A stretch of DNA of 36,981 nt from Clostridia bacterium (GTDB taxonomy: Bacteria > Bacillota > Clostridia > Christensenellales > Borkfalkiaceae), in NCBI GenBank assembly GCA_017505625.1, contig JAFVOW010000102.1:1-36981 (forward strand), in the 5' to 3' direction. How positions within the stretch are numbered: the first letter of the stretch is position 1; every line of letters begins with the position of its first letter. The notes beneath the pieces were generated by a model. That model was not told the origin of the DNA and ran no database searches. It was given only the letters and a program-made list of their open reading frames with translations. The position numbers and the translations under genes were made by a program. Below are positions 16,775-29,298 of the stretch, piece after piece.

Positions 16775-18172
16775 TTACCAATTTATTTCGTTTAATGTAA
16801 GCAAGGCTCTAGCATAAATTCTCATAGAACGCTTTAACCTTTCGATTGAAACACTTTCATCTAGTCCGTGTGCAGAACCGTGACCTTCTTTAAATTCTTT
16901 AGGTTTATCGCACCCTTCCATGCCGTAAATATATGCGTTAGGAAGATGTTGAGCATAAGTTGTGCCGTTGATATAAGGTTTATCGTCACGACCTGTAACG
17001 TCGTTAGCAACTTTAGTTAACGCCTTAACAACTTCGTTGTCCACGTCGTTGATATAAGGTTTATGCGGATAATCTCCCCTAACCGTACAACCGAAAGATT
17101 GTGCGATTTTACTAATTTTTTCTAAAATTTGTTCGTATGTTATTTCAATGGGATATCTAACCCTTAACTCAAGTTCGGGAAAGCCGTCTACGTTTCTAAT
17201 AGTTTTAGCGTAAACAGTGGTGGTTGACATAATTTCCGACTTTACGTCAACGTTAAAATTCTCTCCGTGGACGTTAACCGAGCACAATTTAAAAAGTTCT
17301 AATACTGTCCTTTCGTTGTCAGTCAAAACTTCACTACTTAAAAGTGCTTGACAAATATTGGTTATCATATTGCCGTTGGGGTCTGGACTAGACGTATGGC
17401 GTGGTGGGGTAAACGACGTTACTACCGTATTTTTACCGTATTCTATCTTACAGTCTTTTAAGACGTCAAAATCGACTTTTCCGTTAATTTTTGCAGTTGC
17501 TAGACCGGGGTTCTCATCAAGCCCCGCAGTAAGAGAAAAACTAAAAGGCGTTTTACTCTTGATATATAAACTAGTCATACCCCTTGCACCGTACCCGATA
17601 GGATAACTACTGTCAGGAACAAGCGAAAGTCTTGGAGGAATACAAACGTTTATAAACCCTTTAGCGTCGGGATTACCTGGTACGCCTTCAATGTCCAAAC
17701 AACCAGTTTCTTCGTTACTACCCACGTATATGGCGGGATTGTATTTTAATTCTATACCAAGTTCCTTAAAAATTTTGAAGGTGTTAAACACACAAGACAG
17801 TTGCCCTTTATTATCGGTTGCTCCTCTACCGATAATGCACCCTTTATAAATGGTAGCGTTGTACGGTTCAAATTCCCAACCCGGCCCTGCAGGCACTACG
17901 TCACCATGAAGCCAAATACCCAAATCTGGTTGGCTATTTTTAAACGCCAAACTTATAACTCCTACGTTATAATCAGTAGTGTAAAAACCTTTCTGCCTTC
18001 CTAGTTCAATTACTTTATCTAGCATTTTTCTAGGCCCAATTCCAAACGGAGCATTAGGTTTAGGCTCACCTTGTTCGCTGTTAATGTTTACGAAAGTAAT
18101 AGTATCTTCTACTAGTTGTGGCTCATATTCTTCTATAAGTTTGTCAATTTTGCCTAGTAATTTTGCGTCCAT
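16775..18172 (-). CDS. pepV: M20-family metallodipeptidase, PepV/Sapep-like
   Basis: 465 aa. WLHGDVVPAGPGWEFEPY and GRGATDNKGQL match the M20 metal-binding and catalytic motifs. Size and layout fit PepV-type dipeptidases. Confidence 0.75.
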   Translation of the reverse strand: MDAKLLGKIDKLIEEYEPQLVEDTITFVNINSEQGEPKPNAPFGIGPRKMLDKVIELGRQKGFYTTDYNVGVISLAFKNSQPDLGIWLHGDVVPAGPGWEFEPYNATIYKGCIIGRGATDNKGQLSCVFNTFKIFKELGIELKYNPAIYVGSNEETGCLDIEGVPGNPDAKGFINVCIPPRLSLVPDSSYPIGYGARGMTSLYIKSKTPFSFSLTAGLDENPGLATAKINGKVDFDVLKDCKIEYGKNTVVTSFTPPRHTSSPDPNGNMITNICQALLSSEVLTDNERTVLELFKLCSVNVHGENFNVDVKSEIMSTTTVYAKTIRNVDGFPELELRVRYPIEITYEQILEKISKIAQSFGCTVRGDYPHKPYINDVDNEVVKALTKVANDVTGRDDKPYINGTTYAQHLPNAYIYGMEGCDKPKEFKEGHGSAHGLDESVSIERLKRSMRIYARALLTLNEINW

Positions 18173-18184
18173 GTTTTTAGCCCT

Positions 18185-20764
<2,580 letters not shown>

Positions 20765-20778
20765 TTAACCCATTAAAA

Positions 20779-21516
20779 TTAGTTTAATTTTTCTAAGTGT
20801 TTTAAAATAACGTTAGCGAGTACGCCGTCGCCGTTTTCATCGGCTTTATAAACGTATTTACAATGCTCGCTGTTCATTACTTCTAAGAACACGTTATCTT
20901 TATGCCCGAAATGTTCTAGGGTTTTTACCATTAACATAGTTTGTTCGTATCTACCAAACATATCGTTATCTGATACGATAAATAGCATGGGCGAATACTT
21001 TTCGGCAGTTCCTACAAAATACAAAGGAGCAGTTTCATCAACAATAAGTCTTCTACTATCTTTACCTAATTCTTTTAAAACGTTAAAGTGCGAAGTAGGT
21101 TGACCTGCGTCGTGAATATAAAAATCTATATCAGTGGGCTTTATTCCGTGCGCTTTTAGATATCTATCGTCAAAGCATAGCATCATAGAAATATAACCAC
21201 CCGCACTACTACCGCCTACGAAAATTCGTTTGCATTTTCCGTAGTTACCGATATTATCTTTAAGCCATTTTACTGCTTCGGCACAATCGGTAATAAAATC
21301 GGGGTATTTTGCGTTTGGGTACATAGAGTATTCAACCGAAGCCGTAGCGATATTATTTTTAGCTAAAGTTTTAGCAAAAACTTCTGCTTTTTTATGAGTT
21401 CCCCTTTCAAGCCCACCACCGTGAAAATATATAAACAGATCAAACTCATCGATTTCGGGAAGATGCAAGTCTACGTGCAAATTATCTTTATACTGTAAAT
21501 CTAAATAACTAATCAT
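20779..21516 (-). CDS. Alpha/beta-hydrolase esterase (HGGG + GxSxG type)
   Basis: 245 aa. It has FIYFHGGGLERG (oxyanion HGGG) and FVGGSSAGGY (nucleophile elbow). A good GGGGAG SD site precedes it. There is no signal peptide. Confidence 0.7.
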   Translation of the reverse strand: MISYLDLQYKDNLHVDLHLPEIDEFDLFIYFHGGGLERGTHKKAEVFAKTLAKNNIATASVEYSMYPNAKYPDFITDCAEAVKWLKDNIGNYGKCKRIFVGGSSAGGYISMMLCFDDRYLKAHGIKPTDIDFYIHDAGQPTSHFNVLKELGKDSRRLIVDETAPLYFVGTAEKYSPMLFIVSDNDMFGRYEQTMLMVKTLEHFGHKDNVFLEVMNSEHCKYVYKADENGDGVLANVILKHLEKLN

Positions 21517-21533
21517 ATACTCCCCTTTAAGTT

Positions 21534-22544
21534 TTAAGCATTTTTGAACTCATCTTTAAATATTGCACGAGAGAAAGCCTTTTTCCCGAATTCATCGGTG
21601 ACTACAACGTAAACCCACTCTACTTTGTCAATAGGTGTAAAAGTTCCCTCGGTTACAAACTCGTTTTCGTTTGCTAAAAATACTGCACGATTATGTGAAT
21701 TTGTTACAAAAACTATACGTTTAGCGTTAGAAGTTTTAACGCTAAAACTTCCGTTTTCACAGTCTAACGAAAAAATTTGCGGACCACACGAAGCGTAAAA
21801 TTCTTTGTTTTCCATCGCCTTGATGATAGATTCATAGTCTAACTTATCTGCTAAAATATAGGTAAACCCACCAAATGAATCACATTTAGGACTATTGGTA
21901 TCGTGTGCATTATGGTTGTCATCAGCAGCGATTACTGCCATTTTGCTACCGTGTTTTAACTGATAATCGTAATAATGCTCGTTAAACTCATTATGACCTA
22001 TTGTGTATGCCGAATAGTTGTGGATTTCCATTGCTAAGCAATCTCTATACGCTTCTGAAAAACTTTCGTCTTCAAAAGACCAAGTTGGGTGATTATGACA
22101 AGATAAAAAACCTGCTTTATGAGCGTCTTCTATCATCTTTTTTAAAAACTGTACAGAATATTCACGACTTTCTACGTAGTGGTGGTACTTTAAGGTTTTT
22201 AGTTCTTCTTCCCCAATATATTTCGTATGGTTGGGGGTGTAATATACTAGTTTGTTTTCGGGGGTTTTAGAATAAAAGTTTATATGAGATTGACTGTCCA
22301 ACTTTGCATCGAAAGGAAGATTACGAATATACGCTTCATACGCCGTAATAAACAATATTTCATTATCAGTTAGGTCATTATGCGACACTAAATGCTCGTG
22401 GTCGGTAATAGCAATAACAGAATATCCACGTTTTTTATATTCTTCTTTTACTTGTTCGGGCGTCCACTTGCCATCGGATAAATTTGTATGACAATGAAGA
22501 TTTGCTTTAAACTGTTTTTTAGTTCCGTCTATAAAACGTTTCAT
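21534..22544 (-). CDS. PHP-domain metal-dependent phosphoesterase (CehA/McbA-like)
   Basis: 336 aa. ANLHCHTNLSDGKWTPEQV...VIAITDHEH, later HNHPTW and ADDNHNAHD, form the PHP His/Asp metal ligand pattern. There is a beta-rich C-terminal extension and an AAGGAG SD site. Confidence 0.72.
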   Translation of the reverse strand: MKRFIDGTKKQFKANLHCHTNLSDGKWTPEQVKEEYKKRGYSVIAITDHEHLVSHNDLTDNEILFITAYEAYIRNLPFDAKLDSQSHINFYSKTPENKLVYYTPNHTKYIGEEELKTLKYHHYVESREYSVQFLKKMIEDAHKAGFLSCHNHPTWSFEDESFSEAYRDCLAMEIHNYSAYTIGHNEFNEHYYDYQLKHGSKMAVIAADDNHNAHDTNSPKCDSFGGFTYILADKLDYESIIKAMENKEFYASCGPQIFSLDCENGSFSVKTSNAKRIVFVTNSHNRAVFLANENEFVTEGTFTPIDKVEWVYVVVTDEFGKKAFSRAIFKDEFKNA

Positions 22545-22564
22545 AGTTGCTCTCCTTAAAACTT

Positions 22565-23134
22565 TTACTGGTTGATTTCTTGTTTTTCTTGCTTGTTTCT
22601 ATACCTAATAAGCGCAATTACTGCCGAACAAGTACACATTACGTCGTTGATTAACGCTACTGGATAGAACTTGAAAATTCCGTTCATTACCCAAAAAATA
22701 TACCAACCTAGCGCAAACTGACGCAATCTTTTTTCAGTAGGACGGCTATTGGCAATCACCGCAAACACGCCTGCAACAAGCGGGAAAATATCTTTCCACG
22801 TAGCAAAACTCAAAAGGGAAAATCCAGTCATAATTACCACGAAGAATATAACGATAGGCGTACTTGTAGCCCATTTCCATTTGTCCTTTTTTGTAAATAC
22901 CGCTAACATTATTGCCGTTAGCACACATGCAACTGCGCTAGTTAAATCGCCCTGTACTAAAAAATATGCTATCCAACAAATTTGCCCTACACAACTACAA
23001 GTCAAAATTGCAACTCTTTTTTTAAACTGTACCGAACTTACTGAAAAACACATTGCGAGAATACCGATACCGTAAACTAAAACCATATACCAGTTGCCGA
23101 GTGCATTTTGCAAGGCTAAAACCAATGCATCCAT
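22565..23134 (-). CDS. YgjV-family small polytopic membrane protein (possible solute transporter)
   Basis: 189 aa with about 6 helices. It aligns by eye with my recollection of E. coli YgjV (GIGILAMCFSVSSVQFKKR.. vs GVGVIAFLIGITTFFNRDERRFKK; FPLVAGVFAVIANS.. vs LLPVIGTIVSTWAL). It is the first gene after a promoter. Confidence 0.45.
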   Translation of the reverse strand: MDALVLALQNALGNWYMVLVYGIGILAMCFSVSSVQFKKRVAILTCSCVGQICWIAYFLVQGDLTSAVACVLTAIMLAVFTKKDKWKWATSTPIVIFFVVIMTGFSLLSFATWKDIFPLVAGVFAVIANSRPTEKRLRQFALGWYIFWVMNGIFKFYPVALINDVMCTCSAVIALIRYRNKQEKQEINQ

Positions 23135-23166
23135 TTATCTTTTACCTTTTGTCTATATTAGCTGGT

Positions 23167-23195
23167 ATTATATCATTAACGACTATTTTAGTCAA
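23167..23195 (-). promoter_or_regulatory. Sigma-A promoter with extended -10 for the YgjV-to-PepV operon
   Basis: The minus strand reads TTGACT (23195-23190), a 17-nt spacer ending in TGA, then TATAAT (23172-23167). This gives a TGnTATAAT extended -10. Confidence 0.6.
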
Positions 23196-23243
23196 TGCGT
23201 TGTATATAATCATTACTTATATCAATTTTTTTGTTCAAAAGAC

Positions 23244-23277
23244 AAAAAAGATGAGTGAATTTTCGCTCATCTTTTTT
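23244..23277 (-). terminator. Rho-independent terminator after the SGNH-like gene
   Basis: Hairpin of agatgag(tg) at 23249-23257 paired with (cg)ctcatct at 23264-23272. It is flanked by an A-run and a T-run. It starts 6 nt after the stop at 23283. Confidence 0.7.
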
Positions 23278-23282
23278 CTTTT

Positions 23283-24017
23283 TTATTTTTTATATTTTTC
23301 GGCTATCGCCTTAACACATTTTTTTGCAAGAGAAATTTCTTCTTCGGTTATAGTAACGTCGAAATCTCTAAAAGAATTATCTTCAACGTCTTTCCCCGTT
23401 AGCATTACGTACCACAACAACGCTAAGGCGTAACGGCCCAAGCCGAGACTAGCGTGAAACGTATCACGGTGAACGGTTTTAGCCCCTTCTTTTAGAAGTT
23501 CTTGAAAAACCTCGCCGGACGGAATAATAAACTCTGCGTTTATATCTTTTAACGCTTTGTCATACGCCTTTTTTATGTCGTCAAACATATCTTTTTGGTC
23601 GGTATATCCCATTTTTTCTTGTAGGAGTGAACTTCCCTGTTCGTACGCCCAAGTTTGATGTATAACTTGTTTTGCTTCGGGGGCGTATTTTTTTACGTAT
23701 GCTGAAAGTTCAGTAAGATACGGTTGATAAGTGCCGTAGTCCACACTTACAGCACTGCCTTGTTGAAAGGTTACGTAGTCCCATTTACGAGAAACTAAAG
23801 CTTCTTTAATGCTAACCAAAAAACCCGAAGCGTGTCCGTTAATACACAATTCGTATTTTTTTAAGTCTGCCATAGCGTTTTTGTAGTGGGTTACTAGTTG
23901 GCAACCGCCAATATACAAGTTTACTACTGTTAAATCGGTTTTATCTGCGTGCGCTATCCCGTAAAGATAACGGTTCGCATCATAGGAAAAACTGTTACCT
24001 ATGCAAAGTACGTTCAT
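23283..24017 (-). CDS. SGNH/GDSL-like hydrolase (DUF4886-type), putative carbohydrate esterase
   Basis: 244 aa. The N-terminus MNVLCIGNSFSYDANRYL (block I GNSFS Ser) and the C-terminal RDTFHAS (block V D..H) are as I recall for DUF4886 proteins. There is no signal peptide. Confidence 0.6.
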   Translation of the reverse strand: MNVLCIGNSFSYDANRYLYGIAHADKTDLTVVNLYIGGCQLVTHYKNAMADLKKYELCINGHASGFLVSIKEALVSRKWDYVTFQQGSAVSVDYGTYQPYLTELSAYVKKYAPEAKQVIHQTWAYEQGSSLLQEKMGYTDQKDMFDDIKKAYDKALKDINAEFIIPSGEVFQELLKEGAKTVHRDTFHASLGLGRYALALLWYVMLTGKDVEDNSFRDFDVTITEEEISLAKKCVKAIAEKYKK

Positions 24018-24036
24018 TTTTTTTCTCCATTTATAA

Positions 24037-25347
24037 CTATTTTTCTTTTATCATTATGCACGTGTAGACGGGCATAACGAAAGTTAAATCGGTTGTGGTT
24101 TTAACAAGTTCAGCGTTATGGTCTTTATCTAGAAGATAAATATCGTATTCGGTGTTTTTGTTAAACTCTACTTTTACTTGTACGTTTTCTTTATCATCGT
24201 TATCGGAATAATGCGTAATAAGAGCCATGATTTTACCGTCTTTATCAACGCCAGCTAAAGTATACACGTCTTTAATATTATTCTCAGTACGAATTTCTTT
24301 TTCTAGCTCATAAAATTCGCCACCCCATTTAAGTGCGTAATATCCTTTTAACGGACGGTAAGTATAAAAATCGAACGCACCGTTAAACCCACTAGGACGA
24401 GTGTCGTAATACATAAGCATATCAATAGAAGATTTTTGTGCTTCACTCATAACCGAAGTCATAAAAGTTGCACCCTTTATGCCGTGAACACTTTCTAACG
24501 AATACACGAAAGACTCTCGCCAATCTCTTACGTAGTTCCACTCGTTTAATATACTTTCGGTGTTATAATATCCGTATTTATCAAGTAGTGCACGATACTT
24601 TTCGCCCTTTTCGGAAATATGATAGGGCTCGATTGCATATATGTGCCACGAGAAAAAGTCAATAGGCACTTGTCTTTTTTGCATTTCACAGAGAAAATCT
24701 TCCGCCCAGTCTAGCCTGTACGCCATAGCTGGCCCACCAATTTTTAGGTGCGGAAAACGATTTTTTAGGTGTTTTGCCACTATTTCATAAAAATCAAAAA
24801 ACTGTGCTTTCGTGCCACCCCAACAGCGTTTATTAGGACTGTCGTCGGCATCTAAATCGGGTTCGTTCCAAATTTCCCAGTAAGGCATATCGTGCGTAAA
24901 ACCGTTTCCCCAACCTTCCGTGTAGTGAAGAATAACGTGCTCGCAAATTCTAGCCCATTTATGAAAATCTTTAGGCGGAATAGTGCCGTGTTTCTTTATT
25001 TGGTGTTCTATGGTTTGGCCTAAACGATAAAAGGTTTTCGTGCCCGCTTCAAGCGTACATAATATCGACTCGTCCGTGCAAGCAAAATCGTAATTTTCGG
25101 GATTAGTTTCGTCAGCGTCAAAGTTAGGAAAAATCGCCTTTATGTCGTGGGCGTAAGGGCCACCGTAAATTCCCATCGCATTAGAATCGTGATTTCGTGA
25201 ATACGGAATTTTAGCATCCCTGTATTCTATAAAATTGCTACGATATTGGTCGTTTGCGTGTCTTTTATGAAAAGGCCCGCCGTTCGTTGCGTTTAAAATC
25301 TTAAATTTACCGCAATCTTTTTTTAAATTAAACTTTAAAGTTTCCAT
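24037..25347 (-). CDS. Clan GH-A glycoside hydrolase, GH39-like
   Basis: 436 aa. PYWEIWNEPDL (acid/base Glu in the NEP motif, as in GH39 beta-xylosidases), GGPA, and a candidate nucleophile in SILNEWNYV. There is no signal peptide. The family assignment is tentative. Confidence 0.5.
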   Translation of the reverse strand: METLKFNLKKDCGKFKILNATNGGPFHKRHANDQYRSNFIEYRDAKIPYSRNHDSNAMGIYGGPYAHDIKAIFPNFDADETNPENYDFACTDESILCTLEAGTKTFYRLGQTIEHQIKKHGTIPPKDFHKWARICEHVILHYTEGWGNGFTHDMPYWEIWNEPDLDADDSPNKRCWGGTKAQFFDFYEIVAKHLKNRFPHLKIGGPAMAYRLDWAEDFLCEMQKRQVPIDFFSWHIYAIEPYHISEKGEKYRALLDKYGYYNTESILNEWNYVRDWRESFVYSLESVHGIKGATFMTSVMSEAQKSSIDMLMYYDTRPSGFNGAFDFYTYRPLKGYYALKWGGEFYELEKEIRTENNIKDVYTLAGVDKDGKIMALITHYSDNDDKENVQVKVEFNKNTEYDIYLLDKDHNAELVKTTTDLTFVMPVYTCIMIKEK

Positions 25348-25395
25348 AATATTCCCTACCTATAACGTATTACAAATCCTAATCTCGTAAATATT

Positions 25396-26310
25396 CTATA
25401 ACAAACCTTCTTGCTTCATCCAATCAACTGCACGCTTCATAGTTTCTTCGGGAGTATAACGAGGTCTATATCCTAATAATTTTTTTGCTTTACCTAAATC
25501 GGGTAACATGGGTGCGTACAAGTGCCACCAAGCCACTTTAGAGGTATTAATTTCGTTGATATATCTTTCCCAAGAAATCTTTTCAATCGGTATTTCTACA
25601 CCGTATATTCTTGCGTACGCACGAATAAATTCGCTAGTCGTTAACGAGTACTCTGAACCCACGTTAAAAATTTGTCCCGCCGAAGCAACACGATTCTCTA
25701 CAGCAAGAAAAAACAATTCAGCTATGTCTTCAGCATCGCAAGGACCAATTAAGCACTCTGGCCCGTCGGGAATATATACTGTTTCACCAAGAGCCATTTG
25801 TTTATGAAACGCTATATCTCTACCTCCGTATTGGTCTAGCGGAATTTTACCTGGACCACAAATATTAGGGGGCATAATCGCCGTAAATACGGCTTTGCCG
25901 TTTCCTGATTCTAATAACATTATTTGTATTTCGTCAAAACGCCTTTCGTACGATTTAACAAAACACTTTTCAAAACTGATTTCCGGTGTAGGAACTATTT
26001 TAGGATATCCAAACATCCAAAGCGAGCCACACGCTATAAAGTGCGACACGGTATCAGCTAAAACGTCCCAAACAAGTTTAGCACTTCCGGGGAATTCTAT
26101 AACCACGTCAAAACGTTCTTTACGAAGCACCGTCAAGCTTTCAACTTCACTTGAATTTACGGTGATAAACTTTGCTCCATTAAACGTCGTTTCATCACGT
26201 AGTTTTGTTCCACCACGAGTACCAACGTAAACGTCGTGCCCATTTTTTAATAGTTTTGGTACTAAGAAACTCCCCACGTGCCCTGTACCACCAATTACTA
26301 GTATCTTCAT
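25396..26310 (-). CDS. NAD(P)-dependent epimerase/dehydratase-family protein (extended SDR)
   Basis: 304 aa. It begins MKILVIGGTGHVGSFLVPKLLKNGHDVYV (GxxGxxG Rossmann). The C-terminal LGYRPRYTPEETMKRAVDW is typical of NAD-dependent sugar epimerases. Confidence 0.78.
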   Translation of the reverse strand: MKILVIGGTGHVGSFLVPKLLKNGHDVYVGTRGGTKLRDETTFNGAKFITVNSSEVESLTVLRKERFDVVIEFPGSAKLVWDVLADTVSHFIACGSLWMFGYPKIVPTPEISFEKCFVKSYERRFDEIQIMLLESGNGKAVFTAIMPPNICGPGKIPLDQYGGRDIAFHKQMALGETVYIPDGPECLIGPCDAEDIAELFFLAVENRVASAGQIFNVGSEYSLTTSEFIRAYARIYGVEIPIEKISWERYINEINTSKVAWWHLYAPMLPDLGKAKKLLGYRPRYTPEETMKRAVDWMKQEGLL

Positions 26311-26335
26311 TTTTTTAGTCCCTTTATTTTTTTAT

Positions 26336-28648
26336 CTAAGCTATTCCGAACGCTAGAAGCATTCTATAACCAAAAGTTCGCATGCCGTTATCTAGTAAAA
26401 GTATTGCAAACAACGAACTAACTAGGCTTAATACCAAACCAAAAGTTGCGGTTAACAACAGTTCAAAAAATATCATGCGCCTTACGGTCTTTTTTGACAT
26501 ACCCGAAAGCGAGTAAAGTTCAAACTCTTCACGGCGGGCACGGTAACTTATAACCACGTTATCCACCATGCCGATAACAGCGAAAAGTATCATCATGGGA
26601 AGAATAAACCATCCCGAGTTTATATATAAACTACCCACCACGAACAACCGATTAAATAACTCTTTGCAATCTACTATCGTCGTCATTTCTAGGGCTATGG
26701 CGCTTAGGAGTTGGTTTCTTAACAGTTCTTTTTCTATATTTTCTACTCCGTCCGCTAGAAGGGTGTCGTACTCTAAACCAAAATATTCGCTATTGAATAT
26801 TACGACGTTAATGTTATCTTTTCTCAGCTTAGACACCTTAAATTCGTATTGACTTTCTCCTATTTGAATATAAACGATATCGCCTATTTTTAGGTTTTGT
26901 CTATCGCATATTGCTAATGGAACGAATAATTCATTTCCGGTTGGCGTGCGGTCTAAATCACAAGTATCGCTTAAGGCGTTTACGTCTGATATCGACAACA
27001 TTTTTATACTCATATCGTTAATCGTCCCACTTGTCATGAGTATTGAATAAACATTTTCAACGCTGTCTAATTTTTCTATTTTTTCTCTACAAGAAGCCGT
27101 TGAGTTAGGTATAGCAAAATCGGCGTTTAACCATGACTTATAATTATTGATAACGATATCTGCCGAGTTTACTGCAGTTAATATAGTAAAAATTACGACC
27201 AAAATAACGCTTAAAAGTCTACAACTGTTTTGTAATACTCTAACTTGTTTGACGTTTTTAACTGCATAACCAAAAGAAGCAACCTTAGTTCCGTTATTTT
27301 TAATTTGTCTTTTACAAAGGATTTTATCTATGACTGAAGTTATCCACTTAAAAATTACCGGTACGCCCGTAAAAATAGTTATAAACAACAATATTTCGCT
27401 TATACAACACAAAATAAATCTAGCTTTTACAGGAAGCGTAATGGTTAAAATAAAGGTCAGCAAAAACGCAGGTAACGTATACTTATATAGAGAAATTTGT
27501 TTTTTTAGTTTTTTTGGTCTGCGTTCGGAAATTATAAACACGAACGCCGTAAACACGGATATGACAAGTGTTAAGGCAGAACTTATTACAAAGGATAAAG
27601 GGCTAAATTTTGCCGTAAAATACCTAAACCCAACCACTCTATATATAAGTTTTGAAAACGGTATAGAAAGTGCTAAACCGATAGGTGCGCCTATAAGCCA
27701 ATACAGACCAATTTCTGCATACTGCAACAAATTCATTTTACTAGCTGTAGCGCCTAAAGCCTTAAACAATGCGTTTTCGCCTGTTCGTTCGTTTGAGATA
27801 ATATAAAAACAGCAAAATACCACTGCCACGGAAAGCATTAGCGACAAGGCGATTAAAACGTAAACGATAGTATTCATAGGGCCTATCTCGCCATCTTGCT
27901 CCATAATATTTGCAACGTTTTGAAATGTCTTGTCTGAAAAATCAGCATCGTTTTTTAGCGCAGTTATACAGTCGTTAACAAAGCCATCTTCTAAAACGTT
28001 TACGTAAAGGGTGTTGCTCGGCTTAAAACTATCGCCTAGAGAAGATACTAGTAACGAATCGCTTGCCAATAGCCTCATTACACCCGTTACGTTTACCATT
28101 AACTCGTAACTACCCATAAACGGTATTTTGGAAATAGCCTTTATGGTATACGTTTTGTCGTAGCCTAAAACGTTTACGGTGAAAGAATCGCCAAGACCAA
28201 GATTATATTTTTCGGCAAAATCTAAAGACACTAAAGCGCTTTCGTTAACGCTTGAACTAGTTATGGGCAAATGCTCTATAAACTCAAATTCAAATACTTG
28301 TTCTACGTCGTAAAAGTCTACTGCAACGCCGAAAGCCGTTTGATTAGTTTGAGAAAAGTAGACGGGCAAATCGTATAAGCCCACTACTTTTGCTTTGTTT
28401 TCTAGTATTTCTTCGGCTTTATCCGAAAACATAAATCTTGATTTTGACGTAGCGTTTAAAGACACGGTAAAATCAGCCGTGCCGTATTCAACCACTTGTC
28501 GTTCGTCGGTTTCGCCGTTGATAAAAATCCCCACGTTTATACAAGCAGTAATTACAACCATGGCTAGCGCCAAAGTCAATATGAGTATTAGCGGTTGTAT
28601 AGGTTTGCGCTTTATACTGTTTTTTAAGTGTTTGAAAAACAGTTTCAT
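26336..28648 (-). CDS. ABC transporter permease, FtsX/MacB type, internally duplicated
   Basis: 770 aa. The pattern is TM1 (PLILILTLALAMVVITACINVGIF), a roughly 200-aa extracytoplasmic domain, then a 3-TM bundle. The same pattern repeats in the second half. The start overlaps the ATPase stop (ATGA). Confidence 0.8.
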   Translation of the reverse strand: MKLFFKHLKNSIKRKPIQPLILILTLALAMVVITACINVGIFINGETDERQVVEYGTADFTVSLNATSKSRFMFSDKAEEILENKAKVVGLYDLPVYFSQTNQTAFGVAVDFYDVEQVFEFEFIEHLPITSSSVNESALVSLDFAEKYNLGLGDSFTVNVLGYDKTYTIKAISKIPFMGSYELMVNVTGVMRLLASDSLLVSSLGDSFKPSNTLYVNVLEDGFVNDCITALKNDADFSDKTFQNVANIMEQDGEIGPMNTIVYVLIALSLMLSVAVVFCCFYIISNERTGENALFKALGATASKMNLLQYAEIGLYWLIGAPIGLALSIPFSKLIYRVVGFRYFTAKFSPLSFVISSALTLVISVFTAFVFIISERRPKKLKKQISLYKYTLPAFLLTFILTITLPVKARFILCCISEILLFITIFTGVPVIFKWITSVIDKILCKRQIKNNGTKVASFGYAVKNVKQVRVLQNSCRLLSVILVVIFTILTAVNSADIVINNYKSWLNADFAIPNSTASCREKIEKLDSVENVYSILMTSGTINDMSIKMLSISDVNALSDTCDLDRTPTGNELFVPLAICDRQNLKIGDIVYIQIGESQYEFKVSKLRKDNINVVIFNSEYFGLEYDTLLADGVENIEKELLRNQLLSAIALEMTTIVDCKELFNRLFVVGSLYINSGWFILPMMILFAVIGMVDNVVISYRARREEFELYSLSGMSKKTVRRMIFFELLLTATFGLVLSLVSSLFAILLLDNGMRTFGYRMLLAFGIA

Positions 28649-29298
28649 TTTACTATTAGTCCGTCCTTAAGCCTAATAATTCTATCGCCATAACAACTTA
28701 CTTTTTCGCTATGAGTAACTTGTATTATAGTTGTTTTTTGTTCTTTGTTAACACGTTTTAATAGTTCCATAACCTTAACTTCCATTACGCTGTCAAGCGC
28801 TCCCGTAGGTTCATCTAGAATAACCACGCTTGGTTTATAGCAAAGCGCCCTTGCGATTGCAACACGCTGACATTGTCCACCTGAAAGTTGGCCTGGGTAT
28901 TTATTTAAGAAAGGTTTAATTTCTAGTTCAGTAGTTAAAAAATCAAAATACTCTAAAGTTTCATTATTAATTTTTTTCGATAACGTTACGGGTAGCATTA
29001 TATTATCTTTAGCGGTAAGCGTAGAAATAAGTTTAAACGACTGAAAGACAAAACCCATATAGGAACGCCTTTTTCCCGCCAAAGCGTCGTCGGTAAAATC
29101 AAAAGGGTTTTGACCTTCCCACAATACGTTGCCGTCGTCAGGACGTAAAAATCCGCCTATGATACTTAAAAGGGTACTTTTGCCACTACCACTAGCACCC
29201 ATAATGGATACGAATTCTTTATCGGAAAAAGTAAGGTCTATGCCTTTAAGAACTTTTTCACCGTTATAACTTTTGGTAACGTTTTGTATTTGTATCAT
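28645..29298 (-). CDS. ABC transporter ATP-binding protein (MacB/LolD-like)
   Basis: 217 aa. It carries Walker A GASGSGKST, the signature LSGGQCQRVAIARAL, Walker B VVILDEPTGALD and an H-loop VTHS. The start overlaps the lipoprotein stop (ATGA). Confidence 0.95.
   Translation of the reverse strand: MIQIQNVTKSYNGEKVLKGIDLTFSDKEFVSIMGASGSGKSTLLSIIGGFLRPDDGNVLWEGQNPFDFTDDALAGKRRSYMGFVFQSFKLISTLTAKDNIMLPVTLSKKINNETLEYFDFLTTELEIKPFLNKYPGQLSGGQCQRVAIARALCYKPSVVILDEPTGALDSVMEVKVMELLKRVNKEQKTTIIQVTHSEKVSCYGDRIIRLKDGLIVK

Noticed and set aside
23053-23433. 126-aa plus-strand ORF spanning the YgjV/SGNH intergenic region
   Set aside because: It overlaps the ends of two well-supported minus-strand genes and runs through a promoter and a terminator hairpin. 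Its sequence is low-complexity F/I/L-rich, as expected from antisense AT-rich DNA, and it has no SD site.
27330-27806. 158-aa plus-strand ORF inside the FtsX permease gene. The same applies to the other 60-119-aa ORFs on the opposite strand or in other frames (for example 18084..18443, 25895..26230, 22749..23075, 26568..26852, 3432..3632, 7667..7861).
   Set aside because: All of them are nested within long, motif-supported genes. They lack ribosome-binding sites and recognisable motifs. They look like shadow ORFs typical of AT-rich genomes.
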